Positions 41,436-55,078 of a stretch of DNA of 64,000 nt are shown in pieces; within the stretch, counting starts at the first letter, position 1, and the number at the start of each line of letters is the position of its first letter. This DNA comes from Octopus vulgaris (taxonomy: Eukaryota). Made by a program: the position numbers and the translations under genes. The stretch spans positions 20,646,001-20,710,000 of the forward strand of contig OX597838.1 of the NCBI GenBank assembly GCA_951406725.2, written 5' to 3'. Under the pieces are notes generated by a model, which ran no database searches, was not told the DNA's origin, and saw only the letters and a list, made by a program, of their open reading frames with translations.

Positions 41436-42951
41436 GCTAACCCTTTAGCATTTAAACCAGTCACATCCAGCCCAAATATTCTCACTGCTTCATGTTCAAA
41501 CTAGTGAAATTGGTCTTCTCACACCGAGCCTACAATGTCATTTGAAAAATATGCAATCGCATCATCGAAATTTCAAAGCTAAAAGATAATGCATGATTAA
41601 TTTAAAACAATGTGAATACATGAGCGCTATATTTGAGTTATCTGAACACTAAAGGGTTAAACAAGAAGATCGTATCATAGCACCAAAGGCAGTCTCGGGT
41701 GGTGGAGGCGTGTGGCTTAGTGGTTAGTGTTGGACTCGTGATTGTAAGGTTGTGGTTTCCATTCCAGGGCCAGGCGATGTGTTGTGTTCTTGAGCAAAAC
41801 ACTTCATTTCATATTGCTTCAGTCCATTCATCTGGTAATAAGTAACCCTACGATGGACCAGCATCCCGTGCAGGTGGGGAATATATCTGCCATGAAACCA
41901 GGAAACCGGCCCTTAGGAGTCGGCATAAATCAAAAAATCTCAGGTGGGATGGTATCAAAAGGGTTAAACCAGTCTGTTGAAATCTAAATTAATCCTGTTA
42001 TGGCCAACCCATTTATTATCAGTTTTGTTGTAATCTTCAACACAATAGACCAATGGTGGTGGTGGTGGTGGTACAACACAGTAGCTAAATCCAACTTTTT
42101 GACTGTTTTGTCATCATCTATTTTTGTATACACTATATTCTCTTTGTCTCAGACTAACCATATTCATTGACTGCTGAACAATTTTCTCTTGTGCTATTTA
42201 GCTTGTTTTGTAGCTTTAAATGTGGGAGAATACACCCACACAACTACCCTGGTTTCCACCTCTAGTATTTTAAAGGAATGTTTTAAATTAGATTACTTTA
42301 ACCCTTTCGTTACCAACCCAGCTGAAACCGCCTCTGGCTCTGAGTACAAATGTCTTGTTTTCATAAGTTTTGAATTAAAATCTCCCACCAAACCTTAGTC
42401 ACAATGTTCCTGACACTAGCTAAAATATTTTACTAAATTCTTTGTTATATTTAAAGTAATTGAAAGAAACACAGAGCATCTCAAAATATATACAGTAATG
42501 AAAGGGTTAACCCTTTAGCATTTAAACCAGTCACATCCAGCCCAAATATTCTCACTGCTTCATGTTCAAACTAGTGAAATTGGTCTTCTTCACACTATGT
42601 AACTCTTTACCTAAACAGGGTGAATTATTCTGACACTACCAACTATTCTCACTTATCCTTCATGAAATTTACTAGAAGTGTTTTGGTCCCTGTGTGGAAA
42701 CCTGTGAAGATTTACCCTTTAGCATTTAAACTGGCCTTTTATTGGTGCCCAAATAGTCTTCCTGTTTTATGTTCAAACTGGCCAGGTCCAGCCTCTTACA
42801 CCTACCCAACTATATTCTAAAAATAAACAATTACATCAAGATAAGGCAGGATGAATTCAAAACAATGTGAATATATAAGCATTACATTCGACAGAGGAGT
42901 TTTCTGAATGCTAAAGAGTTTAAAATGGGATGCGCAAGTTGCCATGTTTCA

Positions 42952-43272
42952 GCAGTCTAGAAATATAGGACGAATGCTGCCGTTGATTAGCTCCAAGGGG
43001 CCATCGCCTCTAGCTAGCTATGTGACACACGAACCTGTGTCCATTATAATTTTCGAACAGGGGAGGGCCGCCACTTCCCTTGCTGGTCAGGCATCTACAA
43101 GGGCAAATACCCTAAAAGTAATCTGCAGATGCCTGACAAGCAAGGGGGAGCAGCTGACCTCCATTGTTCGAAGGTTATAATGGACACAGGTTCGTGTGTC
43201 ACATAGCTAGCTAGAGGTGATGGCCTCTTGGAGCTAATCAATGGCAGCATTTGACCTATATTTCTGGACTGC
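42952..43272. repeat. Foldback palindrome with ~148-bp arms and a ~24-nt loop (probably a palindromic MITE)
   Basis: 42952-43099 is the reverse complement of 43124-43272. A partial third copy of the right arm lies at about 43319-43385. Confidence 0.92.
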
Positions 43273-43607
43273 CATATTAGCTTGGTGATAACTAATAATA
43301 TCCAATAGCGCTGGATATTGAGGCGATGGCCTCTTGGAGCTAATTAACGGCAGCATTCGTCCTATATTTCTGGACTGCCATATTTACTTGGCGATAACTA
43401 TTAATATTTATGGTATAAATTTGACTAAAACATCAATTCCAAAGAGTTTCCAATAATTCCATAATTTCAATTACACAAATGAATTTATTTTAATTTAATG
43501 ACAAGTTACTTTTGTTAAAATATTTTGAATTTCTGTGGCTTTTATTTTAAGCAAAAATAGTGAAGAAAATATAAATAAATTTTTCTTTTTGTTTTTTCTA
43601 ATTACAG

Positions 43608-43751
43608 CAAGAAAGGTTTCAAAGTTCGTTCCTTTGGTACCGGGTCCCAGGTGAAGTTACCAGGCCCCTCTCCCGATCGTCCAAATATCTATGACTTCAA
43701 CACAACCTATGATGAAATGTATAAAGATTTGATGCGGAAGGACAGTGAATT
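43608..43751 (+). CDS. SSU72: SSU72 second coding exon (144 nt, phase 2 to phase 2)
   Basis: A pyrimidine tract plus ttacag acceptor ends at 43607. The first base C completes Ser (AG|C), then KKGFKVRSFGTGSQVKLPGPSPDRPNIYDFNTTYDEMYKDLMRKDSE plus TT. This aligns residue for residue with human SSU72 KRGFSVRSFGTGTHVKLPGPAPDKPNVYDFKTTYDQMYNDLLRKDKEL as I recall it, and the phase matches the previous exon. Confidence 0.97.
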
Positions 43752-44609
43752 GTATCCCAGACCTGCTAATATTTTTCTCTTTTGAAGGAAAAAATTTTTT
43801 CCCCCTGTTTCTCACTCTCTATTATTTTTTCTTTAATTTTCCTTTATTTTTCTTCTCCAAATATTTTCCTTTAAAAGAAAAACAAATTATTCCCTTCAAC
43901 CTACATATTTAGATATTTTAATTTTTAACCCTATTTTTTCATATCCTAAATTAAGTGCATATTTAAACACTGTTAAATTACTGGTATTCACGTGATATTT
44001 TTCATAAGCAAGTGTATGTGTGTGTATGCACATATATACATATACACACACACACACACACGCACATATCTTCTAATCATATATGTTATTTTTTTAAAAT
44101 TTAATTTTGCTTTATATTTTTTGATATTTTTTATTTACAGCTTTTGGACAGTTTTATATAAATATTTCTACAGCTATAACCTTATTTATTATTTTTTTTC
44201 CCCTATTGTAGTTGGAAGCTTGCTACATTCACTGCTCATCACTTACAACCTGAAATCCTTGTAAAGTTTACCAATCAGTGTTTATATGCCCCTCACAGCC
44301 CATGCACATGTATATTAAAAATATATATATATATTAGAGACAGAAGCTGTATTTCTACCGAGAGGGTGTTCTGTTAGAACAGGCTATACTGTGGTAGTTA
44401 AGTATTGGATTTTGGTGCAAAATACACTCTTGTTTACATTGCTTGTGGGGAGGCAAATCCCCTATACCTCCAGCACCAAGACTATGACCTTGTCGATGAT
44501 GGAAGCCTGGCCCCTAGAGATAGCAGTGACTCTTCTCCACCAGTGATATATAGGTAAATAGTGTCCGAACGAATGCTGGTGTTGCGACTAGCCAGTTAGC
44601 TTGTTAGAA

Positions 44610-44840
44610 GGCGGCGCGCTGGCAGAAACGTTAGCACGCCAGGGGAAATGCTTAGCGGTATTTTGTCTGCCGCTATGTTCTGAGTTCAAATTCCGCTGAG
44701 GTCAACTTAGCCTTTCATCCTTTCGGGATTGATAAATCAAGTACCAGTTACACACTGGGGTTGATGTAATCGACTTAACCTCTTTGTCTGTCCTTGTTTG
44801 TCCCCTCTGTGTTTAGCCCCTTGTGGGCAATAAAGAAATA
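44610..44840 (+). mobile_element. tRNA-derived SINE, family B, with a 16-bp target-site duplication
   Basis: Head GGCGGCG.GCTGGCAGAAACG and B box GAGTTCAAATTCC, with TSD AGTTAGCTTGTTAGAA at 44594-44609 and 44841-44856. Other copies lie at about 6560-6775, 38840-39300, 49162-49885, 55298-55700, 56451-56680, 58567-58780, 61860-62075 and 63948-64000. Confidence 0.88.
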
Positions 44841-47800
44841 AGTTAGCTTGTTAGAAAATATATATTAATGACAGGCACTGTATTTATACCAGGAAGTATT
44901 ATTTATCCCCACTTAAACATAAATACGATGTTAGAACAAAATATATATACATGCACAAACCAAAAGCCAATGTGAGACATTCTCTCACGGTAACTACCGC
45001 AGTATAGCTTGTTCTAACAGAACATCTGTGTTTAGATGGGGATAAATAATGCTCCTTATATCTGATGGTCTGATTTGCTTGACTTGTACTACTCAGCTTT
45101 TATGCAGCAGTAGGCCACTCCGTGTAAGGTCAGCTCAAAGCTCAACTGTAGCAGATATATATAAATGTTCTGATATAGTGCATATATAAATATTGCGTGA
45201 GGAATATTTGTTACTATAAACAAATCATTTGTGTAGGTCGTTCAGTAAAATCTGAACACTCATACATTGTCTTCGACGGGAGAGTTCATTATAAATATTG
45301 AAAGAGAACATCTGAACATGGCCGTTGCCAGTGCCGCCCTGACTGGCCTTGTGCCGGTGGCACGTAAAAAGCACCATCTGATTGTGACCGTTTGCCAGCC
45401 TTGTCTAGCATCTGTGCTGGTGGCACGTAAAAAGCACCATCCGATCATGACTGTTTGCCAGCCTCGCCTGGCCCCTGTGCCGGTGGCACATAAAAAGCAC
45501 CATCCGATCGTGACTGTTTACCAGCCTCGCCTGGCATATGTGCCGGTGGCACGTAAAAAGCACCCACTACACTCACGGAGTGGTTGGCATTAGGAAGGGC
45601 AGCCAGCTGTAGAAACATTGCCAGAACAGACTGGAGCCTGGTGCAGCCTTCTGGCTTCCCAGACCCCAGTTGAACTGTCCAACTCGTGCTAGCATGGAAA
45701 GTGGACGCTAAACGATGATGATGATGATGATGAAACATACTGTATATATATATTATGTAGATGTAGATACAAATAATGTTAATATGATGGCAGTTTCTTG
45801 GTGTTTAATGATCACGAGGAAGTGCTGCATCCCTTTAATTGTTTATGTAAATTGATGCTGCAGGGCTTTCCTTCCAGCTTCTGGTTATTAGTTTTAAAGT
45901 GAGAGTCAGTCTGTGCAATCCAGTCCTATTGTTTAGACTAGGAGGTCTCACCACAGTTGATCTGTGTCCTAGGACAGCTGTGATGACCAGCAATCTGTGG
46001 GTTGTTTTTTACATTTGAGTGGCTTTCTCCTTGGTGAATTACCTTATAGGGCTGGAGAGCTCCACATGCCCTGGTCTTGCTGGAAGGGTGTCAAATAGGG
46101 CACCAGGCTGCCTGAGGGACTCCATCACTCCTTGGTTTTCCATAAGGGTTGATTCTTCTAGCAATGTAAATATAGATGTGAGGTAAATAGTCCTGGAAAT
46201 CTAAATAAGTTTCTCAAATGCAAGTCTTTGATTTAAATAGCTACATTCCAAGCGTTATTATTTATCAGTTATTCTCCAGGGCATTCCCTGACTCATTAAG
46301 AGCGAAAGGAATGTTTTAATTAACTTGCTGGACTACAGAGGCATATCTTGATTAATTTCCATTAATTTGTATCACTGCTCCCCTCTCCTCCCACCCCACT
46401 CCCAGTATACAACATTTTACTTAATACTGATTTGCAGTGAATGTATCAAAGTATTGCTTAGTTCCATCGGTACCAAGTAGTTCATTGTAGTTGGTGTTCA
46501 ACATTCGCACACTACTGTATGTATGTGTGGAGTAGAATAGACAAAAAGCTTTGCAATAATGAGGTCCTGAGTCTGAGTGTACTGCATGTCGCCATGGCAA
46601 TCCTTGTTAGTGAAATTGAATGGGTGAGAATTATGGAAGCCCATCAAATGGACTGTGTCTAAAATTCAAAGATGCCAGCAGCCTTCTTATTATGATTCTG
46701 CCTCAGGTTTATATTTAGGGTGTGATTGTCTTAGTAATACTTTGGTCACTTAGACTATAATACAAGGAGGGGTGCTGCTCTTGCTGAAAGTTGCTGGCCA
46801 TATATTCTTGTGCTGATAAGATTGATGATTACGAGAAAGGGTCCAAGTGCCTGTAAATAGACTCAGTATCGCTATCGTCTTTCCAGCTGCTCCCACCTAC
46901 CCTTATATAATGTTGGGGTAACCTTTGTATCTCATCTATAGCAAGACACCCGGTCTTGTCCATCTATCACATTTTAGCCTTTACCTTCTCACTCCCAGAT
47001 ATTACTCCCCACTCTCTATTTAGTTGGGGTGCCTTTTTCCCCCTTTTTCCTTTATCCTGTTTTTATCCTTGTGTTGCAAGTTATTTGGCGAACCTCACTT
47101 GTGTTGGTGGCACAAAAAATAGACCCCAGTACACTCTGTGAAGTGGTTGGCTTTAGGAAGGGCATCCAGCCACAGAAAACGTGTCAAAGCAAGTATTGGA
47201 GCTCAATGCAGTCCTTGGACCCATCAGATCCTATCAAACTGACCAACCCATACCAGCATGGAAAACGGACATTAAATGATGATGGCCGAATGGTTAAGAA
47301 GTTCACATCTCAACCACAAGGTCCCAATTTCAATCCCACTGCATGGTATTTTGGGCGAATGTCATTTACTATAGGCTCTGATTAACCCATACCCTATGAA
47401 TAAAATAGGGTTGACGGAGACTGTACTGAAGCCTGTCAGGTGGATCGTACATGTAATTCAAAGATACAACATTGTCGCACAGTCGTGATCTTTCTGCTAG
47501 AGATTTACATTTAGCCAGATGTGTCTGTTTCGATTCTTGGTGGCATGTTGGATCCTTAAGCAAGACACTTTATTTCACATTGCTTCAGTCCACTCACCTG
47601 GCAAAAATGAGCTGCTGCACCTGCAATTCAAAGGGGCCAGCCTTGTCAAATTCTGTGTCATGCTGAATCTCCCTGAGAACTATATTAAAGGTATGCATGT
47701 CTGTGGAGTACTCAGCCACTTGTACATTAATCTCACGATCTGGCTGATCCATGGATCGGATCAGCCGGAACCCTTGTTGTCATAACCGACTGAGTGCCCA

Positions 47801-49374
47801 ACCAGATGTATCTGTGGAATACTCGGCCACTAAATGTTAATTCACTGAGCAAAGTAAAGTGATTCACATGAGTGAACAATTGAAACTTAATTGTCAGTTG
47901 ATGGAGATCCATCAGTTGTGTGTGTGTGATATTGAAAGCATATGTTTAAGATTGTGACTATCAGCCTTAACCATTTTCTTATGTAGCCTGCTTTACTGAA
48001 AATCGTGGGTATAAACTCATGAATTTGTAATCAGGGTGTAGGAACAGCCTTTTGAGTTGATTTGGTTGATGGAAACTGAAAGAAACCTGTCATATATATA
48101 TATATATATATATGAGACCCCCTTCGGTCACGACACAGACCATGAGATTGCACCTAGAAAGTTACCTTCCGAGGCACAAGTCCGGGCAAGGTTGTTTATG
48201 GAAGACCAGCAGTCGCCCATGCATACCGGCTTCCCCTCTCCACGCCACCAGTGTTATCCAAGGGAGAGGCAACGGCCGATACAGCTTGGCACCTGTGATG
48301 TTGCAACTCATTTCTACAGCTGAGTGAACTGGAGTAATGTGAAATAAAGTGTCTTGCTCAAGAACACAACAAGCAGCCCGGTCCGAGATTTGAGCTCACA
48401 ACCTCACGATCGTAAGCTCGATGCTTTAACCACTGAGCTATTCGCCTTCACATATATATATATATATGGCATGGCTGCCCAGATTCCAATTGTTTGTTGT
48501 GGGATGGTTTCTATAGCTGGGTATCCTTCTTAATGCCAACCACTTAACAGTGTGTGTTGGGTGCTTTTTTTTTGTGCCACCGGCATGGGTGCATTTACAC
48601 AGCACTGGCACAGGTGCATTTTATGTGGCACCGCCACCTGAAAGGTCAAACCTGGGAAGACACCGATTTTTCTTAGTTTAATATGTCTTATTAAGTACAG
48701 CAAATCGCTACATCTTCTGGTCCCTTGTCAGTTCCTCAGTGAGGCTCAGCGTTCAAAGATCCTTTCTCACCACTTCGTCCCATGTCTTCCTGGGTCTACC
48801 CCTTCCACAGGTACCCTCCGTGATATATATATATATGCGTGTCTGTGTTTGTCTCATGCCAATGCTTGACAACCAAATTTTTTTTTAATGTGTCTGTAAC
48901 CTAGTGATTCAGTGAAAGAGAATGATAAATTAAGATCAAGCTTTAAAAAGAGAAATTAAGTACTGGGGTCAACTAGTTCAACTAAAACCCTTCAAGGCAG
49001 TGCCCCACCATGGTCACTGTCCATTAACTGAAACAAGTAAAGGACGAAACAATATTTACCAAAATGATGTGTAAACTGTGTAATGAAAATGTTCAGAAAT
49101 CATTGTAGATGTTGAAGGTCAACTATGTGTTTGTTATTTTTTAGTTGTCTATATTATTATTAAGGTAACGAGTTGGCAGAATTGTTAGCATGTCGGGTAA
49201 AATGCTTAGCGGTATTTCGCCCGTCCTTACATTCTGAGTTCAAACTCTGCCAAGGTCGACTTTACCTTTCATCCTTTCGGGGTCGATAGAATAAGTACTG
49301 ATTGAAGACTGGGGTCGATGTAATTGACTCTTCCCCTCCCCCAACATTGCTGCCCTTGTGGCAAAATTTGAAAC

Positions 49375-49408
<34 letters not shown>

Positions 49409-49622
49409 AAGCTGGTGAGCTGGCAGAATTGTTAGCACACCAGGCGAAATGCTTAGCAGTATTTTGTCCATCTTTACGTTTTGAGTTCAAATTCCACCCG
49501 AGGTTGACTTTACTTTTCATCCTTTCGGGGTTGATAAAATAAGTACCAGTTGAGCACTTGACTTGATGCAATCGGCTTAACCCCAACCCTAAACTTGCTG
49601 GCCTTGTGCCAAAATTTGAAAC

Positions 49623-49659
<37 letters not shown>

Positions 49660-52600
49660 GATGTATAAGGTGGTGAGCTGGCAGAATCATAAGGATGCTG
49701 GGCACAATGCTTAGTAGCATTTTGTTTGTCTTTACAAACCAAGTTCAAATTCCACTAAGGTTGACTTTGCTTTTCACCCTTTCAGGGTCGATGAAATAAG
49801 TATCAATCAAGTACTGAGAGGTCAGTGTAATCATCTAGTCCCCCTCCCCACAAATTTCAGGCCTTGTGCCTTTAGTAGAAAGGATTGTTATTAATGGTGT
49901 TGGTATTCAGTTGTATCAGCTGTTCAACGGTTCACATCTTACTGGCGTCGGTTTAAGATGTGGCTTCTATTGAAAAGTGAGTGTCCTGCTGGAGAATGAC
50001 TACTTGGTGCTACTACTGCTACTACAGATATTATTACAGGGCTTCAGATGGTACTTTGTGTAACTTTTAACAATCTTACTACTATAACTACTACTACTAC
50101 TACTATTTGTTACTTCTACACTTTGAAAGAAAACCCTGGATTTTTAAAAATCTAACCACACGGACTAAGAACGACCATTTGTATAATTGAGAGGGATCAA
50201 AAAGTACCAACAACAACCATGACCACCACCACAACAACAAGTCTTTCAGATCAAATGACAGTGATCTGACTAAGGTAAGTGAAAATGTGTTCAGGTGGAG
50301 TAACATATAGATCAGGACTTAAACTATTTAACAGTTCAGTGTGAACTTGTTTCTTGTTGGTTCTGTAAACCCCCCGACACCCTCACCTTCGTTCCTTACC
50401 GTTAAACTTGCTATGGAATTGATAAATGCCAATAATAGTAATCTGTTTTGTTTTATATTTTAGGGATATCTTTCATAGTATTTCTCCTCTTATATTTTGG
50501 GCTGTCTTTCGTAGTGTTACTTCTTTGAATAACTATTTTTCCTGTGGTCTATGATTCCTGTGTTTAATCCCTTTTTTCTTTAATGTAGGTTAAAGGATTT
50601 TACTTGGTTATATTATTTGTTGTTTGTGGTTAGCTATGCCCCACCTCAGCCTTTCGTTAGTATTTTCTAGCTTTGATTCACAGCCACCCTACTCAGTCTC
50701 TTTCTACTAATGTTCCAAATCATGGTCAGTTTCTTTTCCCACTTAGATCCAAAGTCCTAGTTATCTGTTCCTCTCTTTGTTTACAGCCCCTGGTCAGTCT
50801 ATTCTTTCATTTGTTCAAAACCTCCCTTAAGGTCAATCTTGTCCCTCTTCAGTTTACAACCTCAAGCCAGTTTTATCCTTCCATTGTTGACAGCATTCAG
50901 TTCTTTTCCTTCTTTAATTCACAACCCACATTTCTTCACTTCTTTGGTTCAAACCCCTCCCTCTCTGTCAATTATGCCCTTCCTGTTTCCATTATTGGCC
51001 ATAGTGATGGGCTACTGCACAGTTTTGGTCTACCAAATATCACTCTCAATACCCTTAATACTACTCCCACTACCTCAGTTGAGGGGTCTTGCAAGTTACT
51101 CAGTGACCTCATTGATGCTGGTACCATGTAAAAAAGCATCCAGTACACTGCAAAGTGATGGGTGTTAGGAAGGGCATCCAGCTGTAAAAATCAAACCAAA
51201 GCAAACAGTAGAGCTTGGAGTAGTCTTGTCTTACCAACTGCTGTCAGACTGTCCAATCCATGCCAGCATGGAAAGCAGATATTTTATATGATGATGATAG
51301 GGGCATGGTCAACTTGATTGCTGTGAGTTGTAAACCTGGAGTCACGTGATTGCCTAGTGTCTGTGTATATATATGGAATTTATCATTAGTTAATCTATGG
51401 CTGACAAAAATGTGTTTTTACATTTTAAAATAATAAAGCAGTCAAGGTACAAACTACACATCATCATCATCATCATTATCGTTTAGCGTCCGCTTTCCAT
51501 GCTGGCATGGGTTGGACGGTTCAACTGGGGTCTGGGAGGCCAGAAGGCTGCACCAAGCCCAGTCTGATCTGGCAATGTTTCTACGGCTGGATGCCCTTCC
51601 TAATGCCAACCACTCCGTGAGTGTAGTGGGTGCTTTTTACGTGCCACCGGCACAGGTGATTAATATGAAAATCACGTTGACTTTGAAATCACATTGCCTT
51701 ATTGATAGCTTGGTTTAATTATGGCCCTTCCTAAAACCAACTACTCCAGAATGTAGTGGCTGTCATAGAATCCACTGTTGGTATTCTTAAACAAGCATGT
51801 TGTTGACAGTGTCTTCAAAGAGATAAAAGTTGTGTTGATGTGGACCCATGAGGTATGAGGTGAGTAGAAGCGATTTGCGACAGAACAACTGGGATTGTAG
51901 GTGAGTGGGGGTTGCAGGAGTATGTTCAAAATTTCTTCAGTAGGGACTTTTCAAAATGTCAGATAAATAAAAGGTGTGGCAAGTTGGTAGAATGCTTAGT
52001 GGCATTTCTTTAAGCTCACAGTCTGAGTTCAAGTTCCACCGAGGTCAACTTTGCCTTTCATCCATCCTTTTAGGGTCAATAAAATGAAGTAAGTATCACT
52101 TGAGTACTGGGGTCGTTATAATTGACTTGGCCTTGTGCCAAAATTTAAAACCATATAGATAAAAAAGGGTCCTTATTAGCAAATCACATATGTATACACT
52201 GCTTTTATATTAGAGTGGCTGTAGTGCTACTAGACCATTCAAAAGAGGATTTGATTAATTAAAAATTCATTTAGCAACACATTTTGTGGCCAGTGCTGGT
52301 GAAAAGTGAAAGGCACCCATGCTGGTGACGTGTAAAAGACACCCACTACATTTTGGAGTGGTTGGTTTTAGGAAGGGACACCCAGCCATAGAAGCCAAGT
52401 CAAAACAGACTGGATCCCAGTGCAGCCTTCCAGCTGTTGTTCCCCCAACATCGCTGGTGTGTTTACATCCCCGTAACTTAGCAGTTAGGCAAAAGTGACC
52501 GATAGAATAAGTACTAGGCTTACATAGAATACGTCCTGAGGTCGATTTGCTCGACTAAAGGCAGTGCTCTAGCATGGCCACAGTCAAATGACTGAAACAA

Positions 52601-54850
52601 GTAAAAGAATATATATATGTGTGTGTATGTATATAATGTGTTTATTTGGGTCTCCTTGTCTTGATTTCGTGTGATAGTTTTAAATGACAAGCAGTGTCTT
52701 TATTCCCAATCTTCCATGTAAACGTCTGGCCACAGGGAAATATTATGTTGCTTGGAAACGGGTGAGTGTTGGTGACGGGAAGGGCATCCAGCTGTAGAAA
52801 TTCTGCCTCAGTAAACTCCATCAGACCCATGCAAGCATGGAAAAGTGGAAATATGGTAACCCTTATGTTACCATATTTCTGTTGAGATATTTTGTGCTTC
52901 TTTCAATTAATTTTAAATATAACGAAGAATTTAGTAAAATAACTTAGTTATCATTCAGCTAGTGTTAAAAACATAAATTGTGACTAAGATTTGGTAGAAA
53001 ATTTTAATTTGAAACTTTTGAAAACAAGACTTTTGTACTACTGTTCCAGTGGCAGTTTCAGCCAGGTTGGTATCAAAAGGGTTAAATATAACAAAGAGTT
53101 TAGTAAAATAACTTATCATTACGCTAGTGTTAGGAACATAAATTGTGACTAAGGTTTGGTGGCAGATTTTAATTCAGAACTTTTGTACTACAGAGCCAGA
53201 GGCAGTTTCGGGTGGGTTGATATCAAAAGGGTTAAAATGATGATAATGACAACCCTTGGGTATTTTGTAAGCAGGAGATACAGCTTCTGACTGGTGAACA
53301 CTTTCCTTAATCATTGGGTATTTAATGATCAGTATACACACAACTCTTACTCCATGTGTATATTGTCACCAATAGACATGTAGCCTTCTTTTAGTCTTAG
53401 TCTTTTGTAAATTAATAAGTGCATAGCTTCCTTAGTTACATAGTCTGCTGTCTGTCTTAGTTTAGTTTTTAGGTCCTTGTTCAGCATCGGGGAGATATAA
53501 TGGAATATAATATAGCTGCACCTGAGACAATGAGACTACATCATCATCATTGTTTAATGTCCGTTTTCCATGCTAGCATGGGTTATTCTTAACAATTTGT
53601 ACTACATTTGTCATCTTTGTCATCATTTTAATGTCCTCTTCCCCATGCTTGCATAGGTCATACTGAGTTTGAGACATTTTCTAAGGCTGGGTGCCCTTCC
53701 TGTCACCAACTTTCACTTGTTTCCAAGCAAAGTAGTACTTCCCTATGTCCAGGTGTTCTCGCAGAATATTGAAAATGAATGATGCTGCTTGTTTGACAGT
53801 ACCACCCATTTGCAAGTTTGTTGGTATGTGAAGACAAGGCGATACACACATGCATACGCACACATGATGGGCTTCTTTCAGTTTCTGTTTACCAAATCCA
53901 CTCACAAGACTTGGGTCAGCACTGAGCTATAGTGGAAGAAACATTGGTACACGGGGCAAGAGGCTTAGCAGTATTTCTTCCATCTTTAGATTCATCATCT
54001 TCATTTAATGTCTGTTTTCCATGCAGGCATGGGTTGGATGGTTTGACTGGGGACTGGCAGCCAGGAGGCTGCACCAGGCTCCAATCTGATCTGACAATAT
54101 TTCTACAGCTGGATGCCCTTCCTAATGCCAACCACTCCGAGAGTGTAGTGGGTACCACCAGCATGGAAGCCAGTCAGGCAGCACTGGCATTGTCCACATT
54201 TGGATGGTGTTTTTTTATGTGCTACCGGCACTGGAGCAGGAGGGTGGGGGTCGAACTGACCACATTCGGATGGTACTTTTTACATGCCACTGGCATGGGC
54301 AGCCAGTCAGGCTGCATTGGCCACGACCCACACATGAATGTTGCTTATTGTGTGCCACCAGAATGGGAACCAGTCAGGCGGCACTGACATCAGCCACAAC
54401 TACAATTGCCATTTTGATTTTGCAAATTCCGTTGAGGCCCACTTTGTCTGAATAAAAGAGTGTTCAAGTTGACCAATGCCCTGTGAGTGAAATAGGTAAC
54501 TGGAAACTTCATGGAAGTCCATCATGTGTGTGGCGTGTGTACCATACTTTAACCTCTCGTCCCCTAGCATAAAGTAGACCCTCCGTTCCACCTCAAAGTT
54601 CAGTCTTGTGAGCTACAGGGCAACCCCAGTAGTGCTGTTTGTGCAAGTAAAACACTTGGTACATGTTGGAAAGTGGTTGATACTAAGGAGGGCACCCAGT
54701 CTTTGAAACCATGTTGAAGCAGACACTGGATCATGGTGCAGTCCTTGGACCCATCGGATTATGTCAAACCAGCTAATAATCCATATCAGCATGGAACATG
54801 GATGTTAAATGATGATGATGATGATGTTGTGCATATTTTATTATTTATCC

Positions 54851-55078
54851 GGCGAGCTGGCAGAAACGTTAGCACGCCGGGCGAAATGCGTAGCCGTATT
54901 TCGTCTGCCGTTACGTTCTGGGTTCAAATTCCGCCGAGGTCGACTTTGCCTTTCATCCTTTCGGGGTCGATAAATTAAGTACCAGTTACGCACAGGGGTC
55001 GATATAATCGACTTAATCCGTTCGTCTGTCCTTGTTTGTCCCATCTGTGTTTAGCCCCATGTGGGTAGTAAAGAAATA
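54851..55078 (+). mobile_element. Young family-B SINE with target-site duplication
   Basis: CpG-rich near-consensus copy flanked by TATTATTTATCC(GG) on both sides. Confidence 0.85.

Larger units (their letters stand above)
11923..43607 (+). other. SSU72: SSU72 intron between the first two coding exons (31,685 nt, GT-AG, U2-type)
   Basis: Donor AG|GTAATC and acceptor ttttctaattacag| join two phase-compatible exons with no gap in the protein. Confidence 0.92.
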
